Positions 1 through 7,202 of a stretch of 64,000 nucleotides of DNA are shown here, in pieces (positions within the stretch are counted from its first letter, which is position 1; each line of letters starts with the position of its first letter). A program made the position numbers and the translations under genes. This stretch comes from an uncultured bacterium (GTDB lineage: Bacteria; Chlamydiota; Chlamydiia; Chlamydiales; SM23-39): the NCBI GenBank assembly GCA_963716985.1, contig OY970323.1:1393942-1457941 (forward strand), written 5' to 3'. The notes under the pieces were generated by a model. It saw only the letters and a list, made by a program, of their open reading frames with translations, did no database searches and was not told the DNA's origin.

Positions 1-993
1 GGTTTCCCATACCGCATAGAGAGAAATAGCTTTTTTGCAATGATCAAACCACCACTTCATATCGGCACCGATCAGAGCCTGCACGTTGGTTTTAAGCGCA
101 TGCGATCGATCGCGGGTTTCTACAAATACCGAGCCAAGAGTTCCGAGATAGTCCAGATTGGTTTTCATATGAATGCTTCCATATAAAAGCGAAGCGGAAA
201 ACCCCCCAAAGAAACGCAACCCGGTTTTCCCAAAATGACAAGCGATATCGAGTCCCAAACGAGGGCCAAACCCGCTCCAGTCGGTGGCTTGACGGTAGGT
301 TCCGTTGAACACACCGGCCGGAAGAATAGAATCTCCGGTGTATGTATTCCTCTGGTTTTGTTCGATCCATGCTGCGCGCGCGCTAAAATAGGGTTTTAAG
401 CAAAGATTTTGTAGCAGTTGAAAGCTACTGGAAAACTGCAAGTCGCCTACGTTATAATTGATTTTCGAAACAGATTTTGCTCCTGTTCCTCCCAGGAAAA
501 TATTTCCTGCCAAACCATTATCTGCCCGATGGTTCGATACAGACCTATTATGATAATAAGTCCAAATTCCCGAAATATTCCAATTATAGGCCGTTGCGTA
601 TCCCAGTTCTAGGCGCGCTCCGGGTTTCCACTTAGCTTTTCCTCGGATAGTTTTAATTCCTGATGTCTGTCCACCGAGACTCCCGGGAGCGATGAGCTGC
701 TGTCTGCTGTCCAGCGCGTAGCCATAGATCCAACGGTCTCCTTCTGCTCTCCAATAGAGGAGTTCCAAATTCACAAAACCGTTGATCGAATTTTTTGAAA
801 CCACCAACTTTTCTACATCAATGTTCATCATCTGGCTTTCAGAACGCTCTACTTTATTTGATTTAGGCAACTCGATTGCACCTGTTTTCTCTGGCATGGC
901 AAAGGAAACCATTTCTTCTTTGTTCTCGGAAGAAAAGAGGGCAGTAGACATACAGATGGCTGCCGCAGGCAAAAATAAAACGTTAAACCGCAT
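1..993 (-). CDS. MOMP-like outer-membrane beta-barrel porin (3' end runs off the window)
   Basis: Absent from the ORF track because no stop lies in the window. ATG at 991-993 (minus) is preceded by AGGAG. Hand translation gives MRFNVLFLPAAAICMSTALFSSENKEE (signal peptide), then aromatic/Gly-rich strands (LELLYWRAEGDRWIYGY, GARLELGYATAYNWNISGIWTYYH, GFGPRLGLDIACHF) as in chlamydial/Legionella-type major outer membrane proteins. The frame is open to base 1. Confidence 0.6.
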   Translation of the reverse strand, partial: MRFNVLFLPAAAICMSTALFSSENKEEMVSFAMPEKTGAIELPKSNKVERSESQMMNIDVEKLVVSKNSINGFVNLELLYWRAEGDRWIYGYALDSRQQLIAPGSLGGQTSGIKTIRGKAKWKPGARLELGYATAYNWNISGIWTYYHNRSVSNHRADNGLAGNIFLGGTGAKSVSKINYNVGDLQFSSSFQLLQNLCLKPYFSARAAWIEQNQRNTYTGDSILPAGVFNGTYRQATDWSGFGPRLGLDIACHFGKTGLRFFGGFSASLLYGSIHMKTNLDYLGTLGSVFVETRDRSHALKTNVQALIGADMKWWFDHCKKAISLYAVWET

Positions 994-1111
994 AACGGAC
1001 TCCTGGATTTTTTCCTCAATCGTTTTTTTACATTTTATTTTTTTAATACGAAATAATTTATTAATTCGCAATAACATTAAAATATTTGCTGTAAGATAAT
1101 TTTATTTTAAT

Positions 1112-1163
1112 GTACGCGTTCACGGGGGGTAGTGGGGGATGGGGTTAAAATCTCATCCCATAG
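1112..1163 (+). repeat. Solo copy (A) of the GTACGCGTTCACGGGG G-rich repeat family
   Basis: gtacgcgttcacggggggtagtgggggatgggg...tctcatcccatag. It has the same 16-nt head and G runs as the inverted pair at 55538 and 55721. Confidence 0.6.
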
Positions 1164-1358
1164 AAGAAAGCTCTCGAACTAGCCAATAACTCCAAGATCC
1201 GCTTTCGAGGGACATTTTTTGAATTGAGAATCCTGCGGTTTTTAAAGCCTTATCGATACTTTGAGGGTCCGTTTTCACGGAAGCTTCAAAAATATAATGG
1301 TCCCAGAAATTTAGACACAGGTCTAAGCTTATAACCTCTTAAAAAAAAGAGGTCAAAA

Positions 1359-1643
1359 ATGAGAAAAAAACATTCTCCTGAATTCAAGCTCAAAGCTGTG
1401 CTTGAGGTATTGAAAGGAGAAAAAACGGCTACACAATTATCAGGTGAACTCGGGGTTCACCCGATGGCTCTTTCAGATTGGAAAAAGCACTTTCTAGATA
1501 CGGGAGCGCAGGTTTTTGAAAAACAAAAAAAAGCTTCCAAGATGAATGGAGAGGTGAAAGAAAAGGCAGAGTTATTCGAACAGATAGGACGACTCAAAAT
1601 GGAAGTCGAATGGCTTAAAAAAAAATTGGATTGCTTAGCCTAG
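1359..1643 (+). CDS. IS3-family transposase OrfA (HTH)
   Basis: MRKKHSPEFKLKAVLEVLKGEKTATQLSGELGVHPMALSDWKKHF plus a leucine-zipper-like tail, typical of IS3/IS911 OrfA. It ends just after the A9 run. Confidence 0.85.
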   Translation: MRKKHSPEFKLKAVLEVLKGEKTATQLSGELGVHPMALSDWKKHFLDTGAQVFEKQKKASKMNGEVKEKAELFEQIGRLKMEVEWLKKKLDCLA

Positions 1644-2384
1644 CAAAGCGACGGGCCCTCATTGATCCAGGAGATGCAAAATTATCTCTGGAAAGACAAT
1701 GTGGGCTCCTCGGGGTAAGCAGGCCTGGATGGTATTATGAACCAAGAAAACCAAATGTTGAAGATCTATTGCTCATGCGCGCGATCGATGAAGAATATCT
1801 CAAGCATCCTTTCTATGGAAGGAGACGGATGACCATAGCAATGAGAACTCAAGGATTTTTTGTCGGACAAAAAAGGGTCAGGACTGCGATGCAGACCATG
1901 GGATTGGAAGCAATTTATCCTAAACCAAATCTAAGTGCAGCGAATCAGGAACATGAGAAATTTGTTGCGCGATCTGACTATCGATCATTCCGATCAGGCC
2001 TGGGCTGATGATATCACCTATATTCCCCTGACAATAGGCTTTGGGTATCTTTTTGCTATTATTGATTGGCACAGCCGCTATGTGGTCGCTTGGGAACTAT
2101 CGAATTTGCTCGATACTGATTTTTGCATGGAGGCATTGGACAGAGGGCTCTCCAAAAAAGAGCCTGAGATTTTCAATACGGATCAGGGGGTTCAATTTAC
2201 AAGTCGACAATTTACCGAGAGGCTATGGAGAAGTGTAAAATATGAAGACATTTACCCCAAAGGATATGAAAATTTAAATGAAGTCCGACAAGGGCTTAGA
2301 ATGTATTTCGAATTTTATAACGAGAAACGGCCTCATCAAGGGCTCGAGTATCGAACACCGGCAGAGGTTTATTTTGAAAAATAG
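1631..2384 (+). pseudogene. IS3-family transposase OrfB (DDE integrase), frameshifted and internally deleted
   Basis: It lies in the -1 frame relative to orfA. Two ORF pieces (1631..2008, 1935..2384) switch frame near 1957-1962, where the conserved (Y)PYLLRDL block is broken. FTSRQFTERLWRSVKYE lacks the ~25 residues (SMDGxGR..DN) normally found between the second D and the catalytic E. Confidence 0.75.
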
Positions 2385-2468
2385 ACTCGATTTTCGCCGC
2401 GCGCGTTCCCCCCATGGGGGGATCTGGTTTTCTTCCTTCGGGAGGTAAAGCAGTGTTATGCTCTGGAC

Positions 2469-3853
2469 CTGATCCTTACACACAAGTCTAAAATTTAGTA
2501 TACTGTTCCTTTTTTAAAAGGAGCGGTATCATGAAAGAACAATGGATTTATGAACAATTTTCTACTATCGATGTAGGAGATGCCCGCCTGCAAAAGAGGG
2601 CCGTTGACGTTGCTATAGGTTGCGCAGAACATCCTGAAGAGTCCCTGGCAGGACGCTTTGATAAATGGGCAGATCTCCAGGGAACTTACCGCTTTTTTAA
2701 TAATCCTAAAATTACACATCAGGCGCTTCAACAACCCCATTACGATCAAGTCTTAGAAAAGGCGCGCTGGTCGGAACAGCTTGTTCTATTTATTCAAGAT
2801 GGTTCAGAGCTTTTGTTCAATTCCCATCCATGGACACATGGACTTGGACCAACCGCGGACAGTAACGGAAATGGACTCATGTTTCACTCATGCCTGGTCG
2901 CCAAATATCATGAATCTGAAGAAACCGAAATTTTGGGACTTGGTTACCAGGAGGCTTGGGTGCGTCCCGAAGAAAAATCGGCGAGTGATTCGAAAGAATC
3001 TGAGGTGTGGCTGAGGACGTTAGAGAAAATGGGACGTCCCCAGGAGAACTGGGTGAGCGTTGGCGATCGCGCCAATGATATTTATGATTTTTTGAATAAT
3101 GCAAATAGGCTGGGGTGGAAATGTGTAGTGCGGGCGCGACATGATCGCAAAGTCGAGATTGATGGCGAGAAGACACGTCTTTTTTCATGGATTCGTCAAC
3201 AGACAGCCAAGTGTACATCCACGCTGTATGTGAAAGCAAAAGGCGAAGAATTTGGTGGTGAAGTGACACTGGAAATAACTTGGGTCAAAGCGAAATTGTT
3301 TCCTCCAGGAAATGGGGGTTCAGCAGGTGAAGAAGTGACGTATATTCGAGTGTGGTGTCCCGATAGGCCCAGGTTAGAATGGCTATTGGTTACGAATCTT
3401 CCTGTCAACAATCAAGAAGACTCCCTAAGAATCGTCAGAATCTACCGCCGACGCTGGCTTATAGAGGATTATCATAAGGCGGTCAAAACGGGCTTTCGAA
3501 TCGAAGATAATCAGCTTAAACAGGCGAGCCGAATTCTTGCACTATTTGGAATGATTGGGGTGATAGCGACGCAACTTTTATCGATGAGAGAACAATGTCG
3601 GTTGTCTCCGGAAACACCGGTCGAGGAAAAAGTGCCCAAGCCTTGGATTACGCTCATAGAAAGGCATCTGATGGTGAAATTGAAAACGGTGAAAGATTTC
3701 TGGCGTTCTCTGGCTCGTATGGGGGGTTTTATAGGGCGCAAATCAGATGGGGAGCCTGGGTGGCAAACAATTTGGAAGGGTTATAAACGATTGCAAGACA
3801 TGTTAATGGGAGCGCTTTTAGGTTGTGGATGTTGACTTGTGTATAAGGATCAG
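2469..3853 (+). mobile_element. Intact IS4-family (IS50/Tn5-like) insertion sequence with 9-bp target site duplication
   Basis: Ends are CTGATCCTTACACACAAGTC (2469-2488) and the inverted CTGATCCTTATACACAAGTC (3834-3853). The element is flanked by the direct repeat GCTCTGGAC (2460-2468 and 3854-3862). Confidence 0.9.
2531..3835 (+). CDS. IS4-family (Tn5-like) DDE transposase
   Basis: N-terminus is DARLQKRAVDV...FFNNPKIT, as in the Tn5 Tnp DNA-binding domain. DDE blocks are FIQDGSEL, VGDRANDIYDF and YRRRWLIEDYHKAVKTG. Confidence 0.9.
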   Translation: MKEQWIYEQFSTIDVGDARLQKRAVDVAIGCAEHPEESLAGRFDKWADLQGTYRFFNNPKITHQALQQPHYDQVLEKARWSEQLVLFIQDGSELLFNSHPWTHGLGPTADSNGNGLMFHSCLVAKYHESEETEILGLGYQEAWVRPEEKSASDSKESEVWLRTLEKMGRPQENWVSVGDRANDIYDFLNNANRLGWKCVVRARHDRKVEIDGEKTRLFSWIRQQTAKCTSTLYVKAKGEEFGGEVTLEITWVKAKLFPPGNGGSAGEEVTYIRVWCPDRPRLEWLLVTNLPVNNQEDSLRIVRIYRRRWLIEDYHKAVKTGFRIEDNQLKQASRILALFGMIGVIATQLLSMREQCRLSPETPVEEKVPKPWITLIERHLMVKLKTVKDFWRSLARMGGFIGRKSDGEPGWQTIWKGYKRLQDMLMGALLGCGC

Positions 3854-3959
3854 GCTCTGGACTTTCGGTAAAGGTCAGAGAGCCCTCAAAGGAATCTTTA
3901 GCAATGCGAAGTTATAAGCTTAGATTTTATGATTTTTTGTCTTGACGCTTGGGACCACC

Positions 3960-4151
3960 TTAGAGGAAAATTTTCGCTTTTTGTAATGAGTTCAGTTCTT
4001 TAAAACATTCTTTTGCGATCTTTTTAACCAAAGGGGTCCTGACACCATAAAATCGCACCTCATTTTTAAAAAATCGCTGAAAGGTTTCTTTGGACTTTTC
4101 ATCGGCGCTTGAGAGAAGTTTTTCTATGATTTTTTTTATAATGGAATGCAT
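3960..4151 (-). pseudogene. DNA alkylation repair (AlkD-like) protein, N-terminal fragment truncated at the IS3 end
   Basis: MHSIIKKIIEKLLSSADEKSKETFQRFFKNEVRFYGVRTPLVKKIAKE matches the N-terminus of the DNA_alkylation family. The ORF stops 3 nt from the IS3 terminus at 3957. Confidence 0.5.
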
Positions 4152-4572
4152 AGCGAGATGGCTCCAAGTTTGCGAGAAGAGATCCTCAAAATGTTTCTGA
4201 TTTTGCCTAAGAATCAATTTTTTTCCTTCAACTTTCTTTAAGGATCCTTTTTCGATGTGTCTCTTCAATGATCTGGGAAAATATTACTTTTGCGGACAAT
4301 CGCCAAATGTTTCTGGTTTTTGCCACCAAGTGTGGCACTGCTTTTGCCAAAGTGCATAGCGCTTTTAAGATGCTTATTTTTTTTAAGACAGAGCACCTGT
4401 TTTTTCTCCCTTTGCAACTATCAATATATTTTGCAAACCTTTGATAAACCCTCACAAACAAATCATAACACGTTTTCCATCAAATACTTAAAAAGATTAA
4501 CGCAAAAGAATTTATTTTCAATTGCATTATTTGTAGCCAACTAGCTACAATGAAAAAAGAAAGGGAATACTC

Positions 4573-4908
4573 ATGTTCGAAATCGAAATTTATAAAGCAG
4601 CTACAGGAAAAGAACCTTATATCGATTGGGAAAAAAGTTTAGATAAAACTACATCAGTCAGAGTAGATGCAAGACTTACTAGGATTAGAGAAACAGGAAA
4701 TCTGGGAATCTATGAGTCTGTAGGAAATGGCGTTTTCGAACTAAAACTTGATTTTGGAGCTGGGTACAGAATTTATTTTGGATTTAAAACAAACAGATCT
4801 TTGCTTTTGCTTTTCGGAGGCAGCAAAAAATCACAACAAAAAGACATCAATAAAGCGAAAGAATATTGGGAAGAGCACCTTTCGCTAACTAAGACGAGGC
4901 AAAAATGA
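4573..4908 (+). CDS. Type II toxin, RelE/HigB-like 'addiction module killer' family
   Basis: GKEPYIDWEKSL...RLTRIRETGNLGIYESVGNGVFELKLDFGAGYRIYF...LLLFGGSKKSQQKDINKAKEYW is the hallmark pattern of the HI1419-upstream killer family. Confidence 0.8.
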   Translation: MFEIEIYKAATGKEPYIDWEKSLDKTTSVRVDARLTRIRETGNLGIYESVGNGVFELKLDFGAGYRIYFGFKTNRSLLLLFGGSKKSQQKDINKAKEYWEEHLSLTKTRQK

Positions 4909-5210
4909 GAAAATATAAAGATTACAAAGTTCATTTAATAGAAAAATTGAAGGACGCAGAATATGCATCTGCTTACTTAAATGCATGTTTAGAAGAAAGC
5001 TTTGAAAATAAAGATATGGGAATCTTTCAACTTGCTGTTCGTGATGTCGTCGAAGCTCATGGAGGAATGTCCCTTATCTCATCAAAAATGAAAGTGAGTC
5101 GAGAGAGTTTTTATAGAAGTTTATCCCAGAAAGGAAAAGCAAGATTTGCAACACTTATCAATGCAATCAAAGCTTGTGGTTTAAAACTGGAATTTCACCC
5201 TGCCTATTGA
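4905..5210 (+). CDS. Type II antitoxin, HigA-like 'addiction module antidote' (HTH)
   Basis: A 4-nt ATGA overlap joins it to the toxin gene. YLNACLEE...LAVRDVVEAHGGMSLISSKMKVSRESFYRSLSQKGKARFATLINAIKACGLKL fits the HI1420-type antidote family. Confidence 0.8.
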   Translation: MRKYKDYKVHLIEKLKDAEYASAYLNACLEESFENKDMGIFQLAVRDVVEAHGGMSLISSKMKVSRESFYRSLSQKGKARFATLINAIKACGLKLEFHPAY

Positions 5211-5381
5211 CATCTACTTTCGGATACCATCAATGCGAAATGTATTCCTAATTTTCAGAGAGAGCTCGCTTTCTTTTTTGCAATTTTGTTGTTGTCAAAT
5301 GTTGTGGGAAAATGTGCCAAGAGTGTGCCACAAACGAAAAAGGCAGCCAGGGTTTTCACTCTAACTGCCTCTTAATCAGAA

Positions 5382-5453
5382 CTCCGGATGTAGGATTCGA
5401 ACCTACGACCAATTGATTAACAGTCAACTGCTCTACCACTGAGCTAATCCGGA
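5382..5453 (-). tRNA. tRNA-Asn (anticodon GTT)
   Basis: Hand-folded cloverleaf of 72 nt: TCCGGAT-TA-GCTC-AGTGGTA-GAGC-A-GTTGA-CTGTTAA-TCAAT-TGGTC-GTAGG-TTCGAAT-CCTAC-ATCCGGA-G. No CCA is encoded. Confidence 0.9.
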
Positions 5454-5499
5454 AAAACATAAGGACTAATGGTAGCAGAACTTTCCTTTAAAAGTAAAG

Positions 5500-5673
5500 T
5501 TATTTTAGGAGAGTAAACTGGTCTTTGCCCACTCCGCATTCGGGGCAGACAAAATCCTCGGGAAGATCCTTAAAATCGATCCCGGCTTTTATCCCCTCGG
5601 TAGGAACACCGGTAGCAGGGTCATAGATCCAGCCGCAAATATTGCAAATATACCTATTTTTTTGGTTCATCAT
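5500..5673 (-). CDS. Rubredoxin (57 aa; below the ORF-track length cutoff)
   Basis: Hand translation gives MMNQKNRYICNICGWIYDPATGVPTEGIKAGIDFKDLPEDFVCPECGVGKDQFTLLK, with CxxC...CPxC and the WxYDP/F..LP motifs. AAGGAG lies upstream. Confidence 0.85.
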   Translation of the reverse strand: MMNQKNRYICNICGWIYDPATGVPTEGIKAGIDFKDLPEDFVCPECGVGKDQFTLLK

Positions 5674-5680
5674 GAGCTCC

Positions 5681-6859
5681 TTATCTTTTTACCTTTTCTG
5701 CTAAAGCCAGGCCAAGCCGTTCACATTCTTCAAGAATCTTTTGGGTCGATTTCCATTGACTCTTGATCGGAGGAGCAAAAACCTCTAAACTAGCTGACTT
5801 GAAAAATTCTTCTATCTCTTCAACAGCACCTCTTCCCCAGCCAAAACTACCAAACGAAGCAACGAGCTTTTTTTGAGGCCTTAGGCCTTTCAAATAGGTC
5901 AATAGCATGCCCATAAAGGGCATCAACCCCTGATTTAAGTTGGAACAGCCTAAAATAATCCCATGTGCATCTAGAACATCGGTAACGATATCGGTGATGT
6001 TCGTCGCGCGTATAAAAATTAGTTTGGCCTGCACTCCTTCAATAGACGCTCCCCGATGAATCGCTACCGCCATCTCTTTTGTGCTCTCCCACATGGTATC
6101 GTAGATCACAAGAACTTTTTTCTGCGGCTTGAAAGAGGCCCACTCTTGATAAAGAGAGACTATTTCCGAAAGAGAGGATCTCCAAACGATCCCATGAGAA
6201 GGAGCAACGATCCGAATCTCATATTTTTTGATCTTGTCGATCGCTTTTAAGATCTGCTGTCCAAAGGGCATGAGAATGTTGGCATAATATTTTTTCGCCT
6301 CGTCCATGACTGCGCATCCATCCACCTCGTCGTCGAAGCGAGAAGAGGAAGAAAAATGCTGTCCAAAAGCATCCATCGAAAAGAGAATTTTTTCTTCTTT
6401 GAGATAGGTAAACATCGATTCGGGCCAGTGGACCATCGGAGTTTCAATGAAGGAAAGCGTCTTTTTTCCCAAAGAGAGAGTATCCCCCTCCTTGACAATC
6501 TGAAACACCCACTTCGAAACATCGTGATAAAGGGAGAGTATCTCCTGACATTTTTTGGTGCAAACAACTTTTGCCTTTTTACATGCCGTCACGATGATGG
6601 GAAGAGAGCTTGCATGGTCGGGCTCCGCGTGATTTACGATGATGTAATCGATCTTTTCCGGAGAGGCGAAAGCGGAGATGTTGAATAAAAGCTCCTTGGC
6701 AAAGGTTGCTTTGACCGTATCGATCAAAGCAATCTTTTCATCGAATATGAGATAGGAATTGTAGGTCACGCCACGCAGTGTGGTAAAACTATGAAAATCG
6801 CGCATCGACCAGTCAACAGACCCAACCCAATAAATATCTTTTACAATCGTTCTTTGCAT
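5681..6859 (-). CDS. Flavodiiron protein (rubredoxin:oxygen/NO oxidoreductase type; metallo-beta-lactamase plus flavodoxin domains)
   Basis: IYWVGSVDWSMRDFH...YNSYLI...HAEPDHASSLP diiron site followed by a C-terminal flavodoxin-like region. The likely start is MQRTIVKD at 6859; the track ORF extends to 6895. Confidence 0.8.
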   Translation of the reverse strand: MQRTIVKDIYWVGSVDWSMRDFHSFTTLRGVTYNSYLIFDEKIALIDTVKATFAKELLFNISAFASPEKIDYIIVNHAEPDHASSLPIIVTACKKAKVVCTKKCQEILSLYHDVSKWVFQIVKEGDTLSLGKKTLSFIETPMVHWPESMFTYLKEEKILFSMDAFGQHFSSSSRFDDEVDGCAVMDEAKKYYANILMPFGQQILKAIDKIKKYEIRIVAPSHGIVWRSSLSEIVSLYQEWASFKPQKKVLVIYDTMWESTKEMAVAIHRGASIEGVQAKLIFIRATNITDIVTDVLDAHGIILGCSNLNQGLMPFMGMLLTYLKGLRPQKKLVASFGSFGWGRGAVEEIEEFFKSASLEVFAPPIKSQWKSTQKILEECERLGLALAEKVKR

Positions 6860-7202
6860 GCAACCACTCGTTTTCTTTTGACGATAGCAACTCAAGAAAT
6901 ATTTTTGACCTAAATTTTTTCAGTCCAAACAATCCGATCATTTTGGAGTAATGGGCGATGATTTCCGGCATTTGCGAAGAGGCAGGCTTGGTTTTTCCAC
7001 ATCTGCCGAGGAACAAGATCGACTCAAAACAACACCTGCAAACCTCTTCGCAGCGGGAGGGTCTGCAGAAATGATGGATCGCGTTGCAGAAATTGCAAGA
7101 GAGCGGAAGAGGCCATTCTTCAGAAACTTTCCCGCAATTCTTAGAAATTCTTTGCCAAGATCTGAAAGTATGCTAATTTTATTTGATCGAAAGAGCTTTT
7201 TT

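Larger units (their letters stand above)
1298..3957 (+). mobile_element. Defective IS3-family element carrying a nested IS4-family insertion
   Basis: Termini are TGGTCCCA (1298) and TGGGACCA (3957). Subterminal TCTAAGCTTATAAC (1322-1335) is inverted at 3911-3924. It has an orfA/orfB layout with an A9 slippery run at 1617-1625. Confidence 0.7.

Noticed and set aside
92-1099. Track ORFs 92..370(-), 418..612(+), 782..1099(+)
   Set aside because: They lie out of frame or antisense within the long MOMP-like frame (1..993, minus). That frame has an RBS, a signal peptide and family-like sequence, while the short ORFs are low-complexity with no recognisable motifs.
1100-1297. C-terminal remnant of the AlkD-like gene to the left of the IS3 element
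   Set aside because: Only a WLVREL-like hexapeptide resembles the family. The frame is short, no IS3 target duplication links the two flanks, and the end of the frame lies in repeat copy A. The evidence is too weak to annotate.
6951-7202. 84-codon N-terminal extension of the RecD2 ORF, with similar extensions for yicC (13104..13256), the thioesterase (42867..43046), the flavodiiron protein (6860..6895) and tadA (28151..28183)
   Set aside because: The extensions lack homology, overlap neighbouring genes or their promoters, and conserved N-termini with RBS-like sequences occur at the internal Met.
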